DNA of 64,000 nucleotides from Octopus vulgaris (lineage: Eukaryota), in NCBI GenBank assembly GCA_951406725.2, contig OX597814.1, positions 144,150,001 through 144,214,000 of the forward strand. Direction: 5' to 3'. The notes beneath the pieces were generated by a model. That model had not been told where the DNA came from. It worked only from the letters and a program-made list of their open reading frames with translations, and searched no databases. The translations under genes were made by a program, and so were the position numbers. How positions within the stretch are numbered: the stretch's first letter is position 1; every line of letters starts with the position of its first letter. Shown piece after piece: positions 14,815-26,809 of this stretch.

Positions 14815-14952
14815 ATAGATGTGAAGTTTTTGTATAAGTAGTAATCTGAGAAATAAATTTCGCGAAATTGAGAGAAATGAGCTGTTTAATTGTCCTATAT
14901 AATCGAGCGAGCTAAATGCTTGAGACTCGACTATGATTATCGTTTCATCCAG

Positions 14953-14998
<46 letters not shown>

Positions 14999-15501
14999 GT
15001 TATTATCATTATTATTTTATTATTTATAGAAAGCAAACTGGTTTGTAGTTCAGAGTTTATTGTATATAATGACAAATAGGTTGTCAATGAAACTCTATGA
15101 TATTCTACGTGTTGAAATGAGAGCCCAGATGCATTGAAACCATATCTGGCCATATATTCGCTCGTATGTGGTTACAAGATTTGCTAGAAAAAGCAGCAAA
15201 AATCTCCCTCAAATAGCACCTTATAGTCTTGAAAAAAATACAAAAAAAAAGGAAAAACATTTTGTAGTTCTAGATAAATCATATCTAACATAAAAGATGT
15301 TATCTTCGTAGCTGAACGTGTTTTTGATTAGGATTCTTACTAGATCAGAGCTGACTAGGCTGTGAAATAATAGCAACAACAACAATGAATTCGTTGTTAG
15401 GCGCACACATTATAAACAATTTCGGTCGTACGAATCAATTCAAGCTATGACATGTGCCCAGCGTATTATTTTCATTTTTTACTACGTACGAACTCTTTCT
15501 C

Positions 15502-15602
15502 CGTGGAATCCTCAGATGATGTTGTACCAACAGACTGCTTCTTGTCCTCAGCTGCCACTCATATTGTCTTCATGATATACCCAGATGGCGTATCCACTTC
15601 TA
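15502..15602. repeat. 101-bp direct repeat, copy 1
   Basis: Identical by eye to 16739-16839. Confidence 0.9.
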
Positions 15603-16089
15603 GGTTTCAACACATTCTCATTCTCTTTCTCTTCTTCCCCCTCACTGTCTTTCTCTCTCTCTCTCTCTCTCTATCATTCGATCACTCGGTCTTTCTCCAT
15701 CACAGCTGGCGCCTGCAACACCCTAACCGTACATGTCCTTCGTTCATTTTATGATGTGTAGAAGTTTATGGCTACAGAAGACATGCATGTATACATTTCA
15801 CCGCCCACATTTCATTCCTATAGGCATTGGGCCGTTACCTTCATTCATCTAAAACTTTAAAATGCATAAAATATTTTTATTGCCGTTTCAAAATCAAATT
15901 TGTTTTATTAATTGTATGTGTGTGGTGTGTGTCTGAGTGTGTGTGTGCGTGTGCGTGCTTGTGTGTATGAGTGTGTATGTTTGTGTGTGTGTGTGTGTTT
16001 GTATGCGTGTATCAATTCAATTATGAATAGCACCACGCCCAGCATGAAGCAGTTCTACAAATTTCCAATACATGCGTGTACATACACAT

Positions 16090-16121
<32 letters not shown>

Positions 16122-16448
16122 GTTTTTGTGTTTATATCTATATACCCATTTATATATATATATATGCATATATATATACATATATGTGTGTGCATACATA
16201 TATGTGGTGGGGGGAGCGTGTATGTGTAGTAAAATGTGGTAGAGAAGGCAGGACAAGAAAAGAACATATAAGAAACGGGACAAACACACAAAGGTTGTGG
16301 AAACGGTCATCTCTAATCAATCATCGACCAAGAATCATCACCATTTCGGCACCTTATCGATAATATCGCCACAAGATGTGTCAGAATAAGAGAAGTACAG
16401 GAAAAAGAATTGGTCTCTAGACTGAACGGTAAAGAAACCGAGCTATAT

Positions 16449-16642
16449 AGGCGCAGGAGTGGCTGTGTGGTAAGTAACCTGTTTACCAACCACATGGTTC
16501 TCGGTTCAGTTCCACTGCGTGGTACCTTGGCCAAGTGTTTTCTGCAACAGCCTCGGGCCGACCAAAGCCTTGAGTATAATTGGTAGACAGAAACTGAAAG
16601 TAGCACATCGTACACACACACACACACATACACACACACACT

Positions 16643-16710
<68 letters not shown>
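16449..16710 (+). mobile_element. family B SINE, 5' half ending in (CA)n
   Basis: GGCGCAGGAGTGGCTGTGTGGTAAG head through GAAACTGAAAG, then microsatellite. Confidence 0.85.
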
Positions 16711-16722
<12 letters not shown>

Positions 16723-16738
16723 ATTGGTATTTTTACTA

Positions 16739-16839
16739 CGTGGAATCCTCAGATGATGTTGTACCAACAGACTGCTTCTTGTCCTCAGCTGCCACTCATA
16801 TTGTCTTCATGATATACCCAGATGGCGTATCCACTTCTA
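16739..16839. repeat. 101-bp direct repeat, copy 2
   Basis: Identical by eye to 15502-15602. Confidence 0.9.
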
Positions 16840-16851
16840 AGTTTATATATG

Positions 16852-16933
<82 letters not shown>

Positions 16934-16974
16934 CAATATGTGTATGTCTGTGTGTGCATATATATCATCATTTA

Positions 16975-17205
16975 TGGCGGCGAGCTGGCAAAACCGTTAG
17001 CACGCCGGGCGAAATGCGTAGCCGTATTTCGTCCGCCGCTACGTTCTGAGTTCAAATGCCACCGAGGTCGACTTTGCCTTTCATCCTTTCGGGGTCGATA
17101 AATTAAGTACCAGTTACGCACTGGGGTCGATGTAATCGACTTAATCCCTTTGTCTGTCCTTGTTTGTCCCCTCTGTGTTTAGCCCCATGTGAGTAGTAAA
17201 GAAAT
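16975..17205 (+). mobile_element. full-length family A SINE (tail variant 1)
   Basis: GGCGGCGAGCTGGCAAAACCGTTAGCACG head, B box, body, tail GTTTAGCCCC.TGTG.GTAGTAAAGAAA. Confidence 0.92.
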
Positions 17206-18561
17206 ATATATCATCATTGGAGTCTCTCGTAAACGATTATGACTTCTTAGCATGTACCATGTCTTTGCTGATTATTTTGTTGATCATATAATCGCGAGTA
17301 GATACAAAGCCCCGCTCGGTGCTCTCACTCTCGAGACAGTAGAATCCCCGCCGCCAGGACGTGATAGCTGGAAAGAGAAAGAGGTTGCATTCACAGTGAT
17401 CTGGTATATTTTTAATTGACCCTGAATGGATGACATGCAAAATACACATCGTTGGGATTACATGTCTGTGGACAAAAACTGCAATGTACTCTCTCCACGG
17501 GCGCCGACGTTGCTGTGTGATTAGAGGTTAGGGTCTCATCTACATGGTTCCAGATTTAGTCCCACTGCGTGGCACCTTGAGCAATTATCTTAAATTATAG
17601 TCTTGGGCTGACCAAAGCCTTGTGAATGGATTTCGAAGACCGAACCTGAGGCATGTCCACAAGGACTCACGCAAACTCACATACACAAGCACACACAGCC
17701 ACGCACACACACGGACACAGGAATAGATATTTAACCAATTGACTTATGGTAAAGGAGTGGAATTGAATCAGTACATGTGTTATTAATATTGGCATAATGA
17801 CTCACTCTAGACATATTCTTTTCTACTCTAGGCACAAGGCCTGGAATTGGGGGAGGGGCCAATCGATTAGATCGACCACAGTACGCAGCTGGTACTTAAT
17901 TTATCGACCCCAAAAGGATGAAAGGTAAAGTCGACCTCGCCGCCCTACTCACTCTAGACATTAATATGTGTGCGAGTGCATCTTTGTGTTTGTGTTTCTC
18001 CGCCACCATTACAGGACAATTGGTGTTGGTTTATAACTTCCTCGCAACCTAGCGGTTCGGTAAACGGATCCGTAAGAAGTAAGAACTACGATTAATCTGT
18101 CTGACTAAACCCTTCAATTTCTTCACCCGAAAGACGGAGGCCGGGTTGACGTTAATGTTTATATGCATGCACTACTGGTTGCATATCTTCGAATTTTTTA
18201 CACACATCATCAACCAACTTTACGACTGTTACGTAATTCTGAGCCCTCAGAAAGAGCTGTCGGACCTGAAATACCATGATCAAATCTTTTGTACTCCATG
18301 TAAGTCAGTTCTGAAAACATATGAATATTTCTATGCTTATACATGGATGCTTATCTTCCGAATATTGTCAGATTTTGTTTTTCTCAACGTATATATCCCT
18401 ATTTATATTTACATGTATATATGCATGTATATTTTATAAATGAAATCGATTTATGTATTGATAAAAACGGTAAGATAACAAAAGAAAGAAAGAGACCTCG
18501 ATATTATGTAAATAGAGGAATTTATCTGTAAATGTAATAAGAAACAATTATTCGGTAGCCA

Positions 18562-18624
18562 AGATATAACTCCGAGTTTCGGATGCCGAGGTGGAAATCC
18601 ACGCCACCATCTCTTCAGTTATCT
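18562..18624 (-). ncRNA. type I hammerhead ribozyme motif
   Basis: Minus strand AGATAA-CTGAAGA-GATG..CATC-C-GAA-ACTC-G-GAGT-T-ATATCT; same family as 13274-13334. Confidence 0.7.
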
Positions 18625-18643
18625 GAAGAGATGGTGGCGTGGA
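18598..18643. repeat. perfect 21-bp inverted repeat with 4-nt spacer
   Basis: TCCACGCCACCATCTCTTCAG-TTAT-CTGAAGAGATGGTGGCGTGGA. Confidence 0.9.
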
Positions 18644-18921
18644 AAGTTTACTGGCTGATGTTTGTCGATTTTTTATCCTCTCCATTTTCTTATTTCCAAT
18701 TTACCCCCACCCATACACAGTATTCAATTGCAATATTGCCATGTAATACTAAGCACCTGGTTAAAAATACGTAGGTACATATCCAGTCGTATACTGGATA
18801 TTTAATATCCCTTAGATAGTTTATCTTCTAACTCATACAGATATATATATATATATATATCCTGTTGCTTATTTTGATTATATATATATATATATATATA
18901 TATATACTGTTGCTAATTTTG

Positions 18922-18962
<41 letters not shown>

Positions 18963-19891
18963 AGAGAGAGAGAGAAATGTGCGTGTGTGTAGATATATAT
19001 TTTTGCTTTTACTTGTTTCAGTCATTGAACTGCTGCCATGGGGCAAAAGCATGGCGACGTAAACAACCCAAATCCGGTTATCAAACGGTGGACGGACAAA
19101 CACAGGCACAAAATTGCGCATGCGAACACACATACACACACATACATACATATATATATATGTGTATATATATATACATATATATATATATGTGTATATA
19201 CAAGCACGTGTGTGTGTATATATATGTATATATATGTATGTATATATATATCGATATCTATATCTACATATATAAAATTTGTGGAAAGATACATAGGTGC
19301 ATAAAATATAACTATAAATGACGTACTGTCAGTTTGAAGACTGTTCTAAATAAGAACTAATCATCAGAAGCGGCATTCATATTTACGACTCTAAACGAGG
19401 TTGTTACAGTTCAGGCGACGTAGTACAAATATGAATTGTGGTGTATTATCTAGTTGTTGGCTGGTTTAAGACTGATATATTATCTTTAAAAGCATAAAAG
19501 CAAGGTGTTATATATACCATACATAATGTGTGCGTGTGTGCATGTGTGTGTGTGTGTATGTGTGCGTGCGTGTGCGTGTATGTGTGTCAGAGAAAGAATA
19601 TAGTCAGGATGTAGATCAAAATTATTTATTTAGCGCTTTCATCCTTTTCAGAGAGTTATCATGGGTGATTTCTTGTAGAAAAATTTATACCTTTTATATA
19701 TATGAGCGCCCGTTGAAAACAATCTGGTGAAGAGTTTGTTTTCTTGGGTTATGGAATGATTATGTTTTGGGAGTGCTTGCTTGAGATGTTCTTTCACATT
19801 TTGAATCTATATGTGTGTGCATATGTGCGGGTATATATGTGTATCTATGTATTCACCAGGCATACAGTTTTACACACACATGCATTAATTC

Positions 19892-19939
<48 letters not shown>

Positions 19940-19972
19940 TATTTCAAGAGGCTCCATTTAATTGAATTTGTG

Positions 19973-20066
<94 letters not shown>

Positions 20067-21119
20067 AATTCACTCCAGATTTTTTTCAACTAAGGGATGA
20101 ATTTTCTATATGAAATCATTCGCGATAAGTCTTTGAATGGGACGGAGGCGCTAAATAAATAGTTTTTATTCAACTCTTGTCTGCCTTTTTTTCTTAACAT
20201 GTAAAATGTGTACACTCCTTCAAAACAATCTATACATATATACATACACAGACATAACCACACACACAGACACAACCACTCACACACAGACACACACACG
20301 CACATACACACACACGTACACACGTACGTACGTACATACATACATATATACATATATACATACATCTTAGATAACTGGAAATCAACATCAGCTTCAGTTT
20401 GAACTAAACTCGGAGTAGCGTGTCTCTCACATAATTCCATAAACTTCTGATAACACATTATCAATATTTGCCGAACTAATAATTTAAGCGAACGAAAGGT
20501 GAAACCTCAACGTAGTCGCTAGATCTACTCAGAAATATCTGCGGAATGTCCCTCATAATGCAACCGACAATATTACAAAGAAGCACATGTTGTATGTAGT
20601 GCTAGATACTTCACATCCTTGCTTGAGGCTCTAAAAAACAGATTGCTCTGAAGCATGGAGCAATACCAGAGCATCGAGCTAACTCCACTGAACTTACTGC
20701 TTTGTAGTCTGTTATCATATGACCAGATTACATCCATTACCATCTGATTTTCAAATTTCTCCCGGATTACTTTCCACTATCTTCTGTTGTTAAGTTTGCA
20801 AAATGCGGAAATGCTGACAGATAAAATGTCTTGCACAAGATGTCTGGTGGATTACAGGAGACATAAAACTAAAGCAACAGAGACATTAAAAGAAAGAGAA
20901 ATATGCAATAATCCTTGAGAATTATATTTTGGCGAAAGTTCTTCAAAGTATTCTTTTCTACTCTAGGCAAAAGGCCCGCAGTTTTTGGGAAGGGGACCAG
21001 TCAATTAGATCGACCCCAGTACGCAACTAGTACTTAATTTATCGACTCCGAAAGGATGAAAGGCAAAGTCGATCCCTCGGCGGGATTAAAACGAGAATTT
21101 TTCAAAGTATATCATATCG

Positions 21120-21350
21120 TTTATCTTTTACTTGTTTCAATCATCAGACTGCAGACATGCTGGGACACTGACTTGAACAACTTTAGTCAAACAAATCAAC
21201 CTCAGTCCTTATTTTTACTTTAAGCCTGGTATTTATTCTATCGGTGTATTTTTGCCGAACCGCTAACTTTGTCAAGCAGTGGTGGGGCATGAAACACAGA
21301 CGCAAAGACAAGCGCACACAGACACACACACACATATATATAGATGTGCG

Positions 21351-21395
<45 letters not shown>

Positions 21396-21555
21396 CGGAC
21401 TTCTTTCGGTTTCTGTCTACCAAATCCACTCATAAGGCTTTGGTCGGCCCGAAGCTATAGTCGAAGACACATGCCCAACGTGCCACGCAATGGGACTGAG
21501 CTCAGAATCATGTGGTTGGGAAGCAAATTTCTTACCACACAGCCACACCTGAGGC
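21120..21555 (-). mobile_element. family B SINE
   Basis: Reverse complement of family B with internal microsatellite. Confidence 0.85.
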
Positions 21556-21779
21556 TATAAAAAATTGATTGCTCTGAAGTAGAGATCAATACCAGAGCAT
21601 CGAACTACTTTGTAGTTTTGTAGTCTGTTAACTTATGACCAGAGAACACTCATTACTATCTGATCTTCAAATTTTTCCTGGATTGCCTTTCACCATCTTC
21701 TGTTGTTAAGTTTGTTGTATCACTGCTGCTACCATTGCTGCTGCTTATTTCCCAAATCGTACTTGACTGAGCGTTCCTA

Positions 21780-22409
21780 TACGAGTGGAGTGGGGCTGAA
21801 AGTTCCTTGCTTTAAGGGCTGGTTGGAGGCCCAGCCTGCCGAGTTCTTTTATAGGGCTTAGAATAACTGAAGGACCGCTGCAATAAGTGTGTAAATCTGA
21901 GAGTGGAATATGTTGAATAAAACCATAATTAACTATAGGCGCAGGAGTGACTGTGTGGTAAGTAGTACCTTGCTTACCAACCACATGCTTCCGGGTTCAG
22001 TCCCACTGCGCGGCACTTTGGGTAAGTGTCTTCTACTATAGCCTCGGGCCGACCAAAGCCTTGTGAGTGGATGTGGTAGATGGAAACTGAAAGAAGCCTG
22101 TCGTATATATGTCTATATGTATATGTATGTGTGTGTATATGTTTATGTGTTTCTGTTTGTCCTCTCCCCCAACATCGCTTGACAACCGATGGTGTATTTA
22201 CGTCCTCGTAACTTAGCGGTTCGGCAAAAGTAACCAATAGAATATGTATTAGGCTTCCAAAGAATAATTCCTGGGGTCGATTTGCTCGACTAAAGGCGGT
22301 GCTCCGGCATGGCCGCAGTCAAATGGCTGAAACAAGTAAAAGAGTAAAAGAGTAATCCTCTTGTATTTTCTTTTATCCAAAGCCAGGAACTTTTCAGCAC
22401 CCTCTCGTA
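21780..22409 (+). mobile_element. mariner-derived MITE interrupted by a family B SINE
   Basis: TIRs TACGAG..GCTGAAAGTTCC and GGAACTTTTCAGCACCCTCTCGTA; remnant LKDRCNKCVNLRVEYVE* resembles a mariner transposase C-terminus. Confidence 0.8.
21938..22354 (+). mobile_element. full-length family B SINE
   Basis: GGCGCAGGAGTG head to AGTAAAAGAGTAAAAGAGT tail. Confidence 0.92.
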
Positions 22410-22906
22410 ACCATGGCCGCTCTGTCAATAATCACTCCGTCATTTTTTTCTGGAAGCATTGAACATTTAGGACTACATCACCCAATATGTTCATCTAGCA
22501 GGACAGCAAAGTATAATTTGAAGCACTTATTGATAGTTTAGTTCCTATTTCTAGCATGTAGAACGACCATTTAGATGTTCCCTCGTTAGCTCTTTCCTCC
22601 AGACGAGGTAGAAATACGTGACAAGCATTAACATACGGAAGCGACGTACATCTATAAAAATAAAATAACGGTGTCTTTCTATTTTACAACTTGTACAGTA
22701 ACCTTACAATTATTTTATGGCCTGTAGTCATCCTCCTTTTCCTTCTATTTTTTCCCTTGTTTTGTTCTTTTCTCCCTTGGTATTGTACTCTTCCCTTAAA
22801 GGAAAATGGAAGGTAAGAAAAAGAAAGAGATGAAGGGAGAAAGGAGGACAGGAAAAAAGGAAGCAGATGGAAAATAAAATAAAAAACAAGGAAGAGGAAA
22901 ATATGA

Positions 22907-23081
<175 letters not shown>

Positions 23082-23542
23082 CGGAGAAATGAAAGAGAGA
23101 ACATAAATGAAAGAAACCAAGAGAGAGAAAGATACAAGTCTGGATAATAAGAAAAGAAAGGTGAAAGGAAAGAAATAAAGGAAGAGAAATGTCACATGTG
23201 AAAGAAGGAGGTAAGGGCGGAAAAAAAGAACAAATAAGCAATGATGTAAAAAAAAAAGAGAAAGATAGAATAGAGCAAAACAGAAACAAAGAACGAGAAG
23301 AGTAAAATAGAAAGAAAGAAAAAAGAAAGGAAGGAAGACGAGATGGTCTTAGAGAAGAAACTAGAGAGAAAGGCTGATTTAATAAATAAAAGCTGATAAT
23401 TGTAATGGAGTTTTGTTTTTTTAATTTTTTTAAGAGTAAGACAGACTAGGAACTAAGGTGAAACGGCAGTAGTGTATGAGTATTTGTGCATATCCATGGA
23501 TGTGTGTGTATGTGTGAACATGCTTGTGTGTGTGTATGTGCG

Positions 23543-23588
<46 letters not shown>

Positions 23589-23996
23589 GTGTGAAAATTG
23601 ATGACGACAATTACAACACGAAAGACTAGATGTAAAAATTTGTCGGTCAGTGAGACATTAACAAAAGTTAGCTGTCTTTAAACTTCAGGTTTCCAAGAAG
23701 TGAGAATGAAAAGGTTTAGTGAAAAGGTTATGTATGTATGTATGTATGTATTTATGAATGTATGTATGTATGTATGTATGTATGTATGTATGTATGTATG
23801 TATGTATGTATGTACGTATGTATGTATGTATGGATGGATGGATGGATGGATGTCTCATCATTACAATCATCATTAAACTGCATGATGTAGATAGGTTGCC
23901 AGAGTCCAAATCGGTTTTTATTCCAAGTTACTGGCCTCCTACAAGTGGTGGATGGCCACAAGTCATTCATACATATCATCACAAACATATATATTA

Positions 23997-24035
<39 letters not shown>

Positions 24036-24036
<1 letters not shown>

Positions 24037-24432
24037 TAGCAGTATCGCCCGGCGTTGCTCGGGTTTGTAAGGGAAATAACTATATAAGCATTTTTAGAGA
24101 GTTATAGCCAAAAAATAGCAAAAAAATGCATAAAAAATGGAAAAAAAATTAAGGTAAATTTCTTTTTAAATCGTTGACACATCGTAGATATTTTTAGAGA
24201 GTTACTTCCCTTATATAATAGCGAAAAAAATGCATTAAAATGGAAAAATATGATGGTAAATTTTTTTAAATCGTAGACTCATCGTAGACGCGCGCTAATA
24301 CCCAGAAGGGCTCGATATGAATCACGACTATAAGACACCCGGTTTTGGTTACACTGCACCGCAAAATGTGGGAGTAGTTAGGAATCTAAATCGTAGGAGA
24401 CAGACACACAACTTCACTCTTATATATAAAGA
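24036..24432 (-). mobile_element. non-autonomous Helitron
   Basis: Minus strand starts A|TCTTTATATATAA, ends with hairpin CCCGAGCAACGCCGGG then CTAG|T; no TSD; internal ~100-bp duplication. Confidence 0.85.
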
Positions 24433-24540
24433 TATAAGCCACGTAGTTATATACACATACTTTGTTATATACGCATTCTTAAAAGAAAATGTTATTTTGA
24501 ATACAACATTTATAAAGAATAAAATATTTTTTGGTTTTTC

Positions 24541-25560
24541 TTAATCCTTTCGTTACTATATTTCTGACCAAAATACACCCCTTATGTGTTTCAATTAATT
24601 TCTAACGTAATCATAAATTTAGTCTGGTTTCATTAAACAACTATAACTTTTTTATTTATCAATATATTAATGTGATTTTTGGAAGATAATTTAATGAAAT
24701 GTCCTCAACCAATTCTATACTATAATTTTTGTCACAAAGTGACTCTAATTGCAGGTAGATACAGGTAAATTCAACAATATATAAAATTATTAAAATTTTG
24801 TTCAAACATCGCTATAGAAAATGGGTTATTAGCTAATATTCAATTGGGTATACCACAAAATTTTACGATAGAATTTGTTATTCTGGGTAACTTTCTGTAA
24901 AATTATTAAAATTTTGTTCAAACATCGCTATAGAAAATGGGTTATTAGCTAATATTCAATTGGGTATACCACAAAATTTTACGATAGAATTTGTTATTCT
25001 GGGTAACTTTCTGTAAAATTATTAAAATTTTGTTCAAACATCGCTATAGAAAATGGGTTATTAGCTAATATTCAATTGGGTATACCACAAAATTTTACGA
25101 TAGAATTTGTTTTTCTGGGTAACTTTCTGTAAAATTATTAAAATTTTGTTCAAACATCGCTATAGAAAATGGGTTATTAGCTAATATTCAATTGGGTATA
25201 CCACAAAATTTTACGATAGAATTTGTTATTCTGGGTAACTTTCTGTAAAATTATTAAAATTTTGTTCAAACATCGCTATAGAAAATGGGTTATTAGCTAA
25301 TATTCAATTGGGTATACAACGAAATTTTACGATAGAATTTGTTATTCTGGGTAACTTTCTGATACCCATAATATTATTTATGGCAAAATAGGCCTTAATT
25401 TCATTTAAGGTTGTGGGAAATAACAAACTATCGTTTCTTTCGTTTTGTTTACGTTTAGCGTAACGTTTCGTTTCTGCCGTAATGATTTTAAATGGGCTCA
25501 TTCTAAAAAGTAAATAGAAATAGTCTAAGGCTTTACTCTTCTGGGAAAGTCTGTGGCTTG
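24541..25560 (-). mobile_element. piggyBac-derived element with transposase fragment
   Basis: TTAA followed by TCCTTTCGTTAC TIR-like end at 24541; minus strand about 25330-25555 reads HRLSQKSKALDYFYLLFRMSPFKIITAETKRYAK..FPTTLNEIKAYFAINNIMGIRKLPRI, matching the piggyBac/PGBD N-terminal DYF..ETNRYA..EIKA..MGI..LP pattern. Confidence 0.75.
24782..25361. repeat. tandem repeat, 5 x 116 bp
   Basis: TTCAAACATCGC recurs at 24801, 24917, 25033, 25149 and 25265; units near-identical, no spacers. Confidence 0.95.
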
Positions 25561-25896
25561 GTGCAGTTTCTTCAGAAAAATCACCGAAAGAAACAGTTTT
25601 TAAATTTTCACTCCATTCAGGTGCTAATTCGTGTTCTTAATCGCTGTCGGATTCACTGTTTTCACTTTAATAGCTGCCAACTTGCAAAGACAAAGGAGGA
25701 GAAGGGTGATAGCGTCAGTGAAACAATTCGCTCCCTTTGTGTGTGTGTGCGTTTGCGTGTGGTGTAAACCACATTAAGAAAAACATTTGACACACACACC
25801 AGAATGTGAGTTTTCTGTAAATTTTGCTTAATTGGAGTTTAAATTTAAAAAACTGGACCTGGCATGACGCGATGCATTGTACTCTTAGAAATGCCA

Positions 25897-25984
25897 GGTA
25901 AATTGTAATTGAAGAAATCCTATATTGTAGATTTGTATAACTCCCAAAGGGAGGCAGATAAAATCTGCCTTTTATAATAAGAGA
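25897..25984 (-). mobile_element. probable Helitron 5' terminal fragment
   Basis: Minus strand A|TCTCTTATTATAAAAGGCAGATTTTATCTGCC; same TC..TATAA terminus style as the other Helitrons here. Confidence 0.5.
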
Positions 25985-26008
25985 TATATTTTATATATAA
26001 TTTTTATA

Positions 26009-26053
<45 letters not shown>

Positions 26054-26068
26054 ACAGATGTGTATGTA

Positions 26069-26103
<35 letters not shown>

Positions 26104-26286
26104 GTGTGTGTGTGTGCATGATTATGTGTATTTGTATGTATGTATATTATATACTTTGACTAATATGTGTATATACATATGTATAAACATAAACGTATAT
26201 ACTTATGCTCTCCCTCTGTCTCGCCGTCTCTGTTTTCCTCCCAATCTTCCTCTCCCTCCTCTCTCTCTCCCTCACGCATACAAATG

Positions 26287-26375
<89 letters not shown>

Positions 26376-26663
26376 CGTGAATTTGTTTCTTTGACTTTTG
26401 TCATTATTACAGCTAACTGGTGGAACCTATTCATTTCGTTACGGATGTTTTACACTTCATGTCGCCATGTCCCACGCACCATTAACCATTAACCACCACT
26501 GAGACTATTATTGTAATACCTACCGAATGTATGTATGTATGTATGCTTGCATGTATGCATGTACGTACGTATGTATGTGTGTATGTATGAATGTTTGTAT
26601 GTATGTATGCATATATACATATATATATATTCTTGACAGTGAGTATTTATGTGCATGTGTGTA

Positions 26664-26696
<33 letters not shown>

Positions 26697-26809
26697 ATTA
26701 TACATAGATCATCTGTAGAGGTTTTCTCTTTATCTTAGTGCTGTTAATGTGTATTTCTTCTTATTGCTATTATTAACATTGTCATCATCATTATTGTTGC
26801 CTTTAGATA

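Noticed and set aside
15480-15560. CTGAGGA heptamers on the minus strand as hammerhead cores
   Set aside because: Stem II would need a 2-nt loop, and no stem I or stem III pairing was found
18146-18439. 97-aa ORF with an internal GTAAGT donor-like site near 18300
   Set aside because: No recognisable homology and no convincing acceptor; insufficient support for an exon
24782-25361. Regular repeat array as CRISPR
   Set aside because: Contiguous 116-bp units with no unique spacers, no cas genes, eukaryotic context
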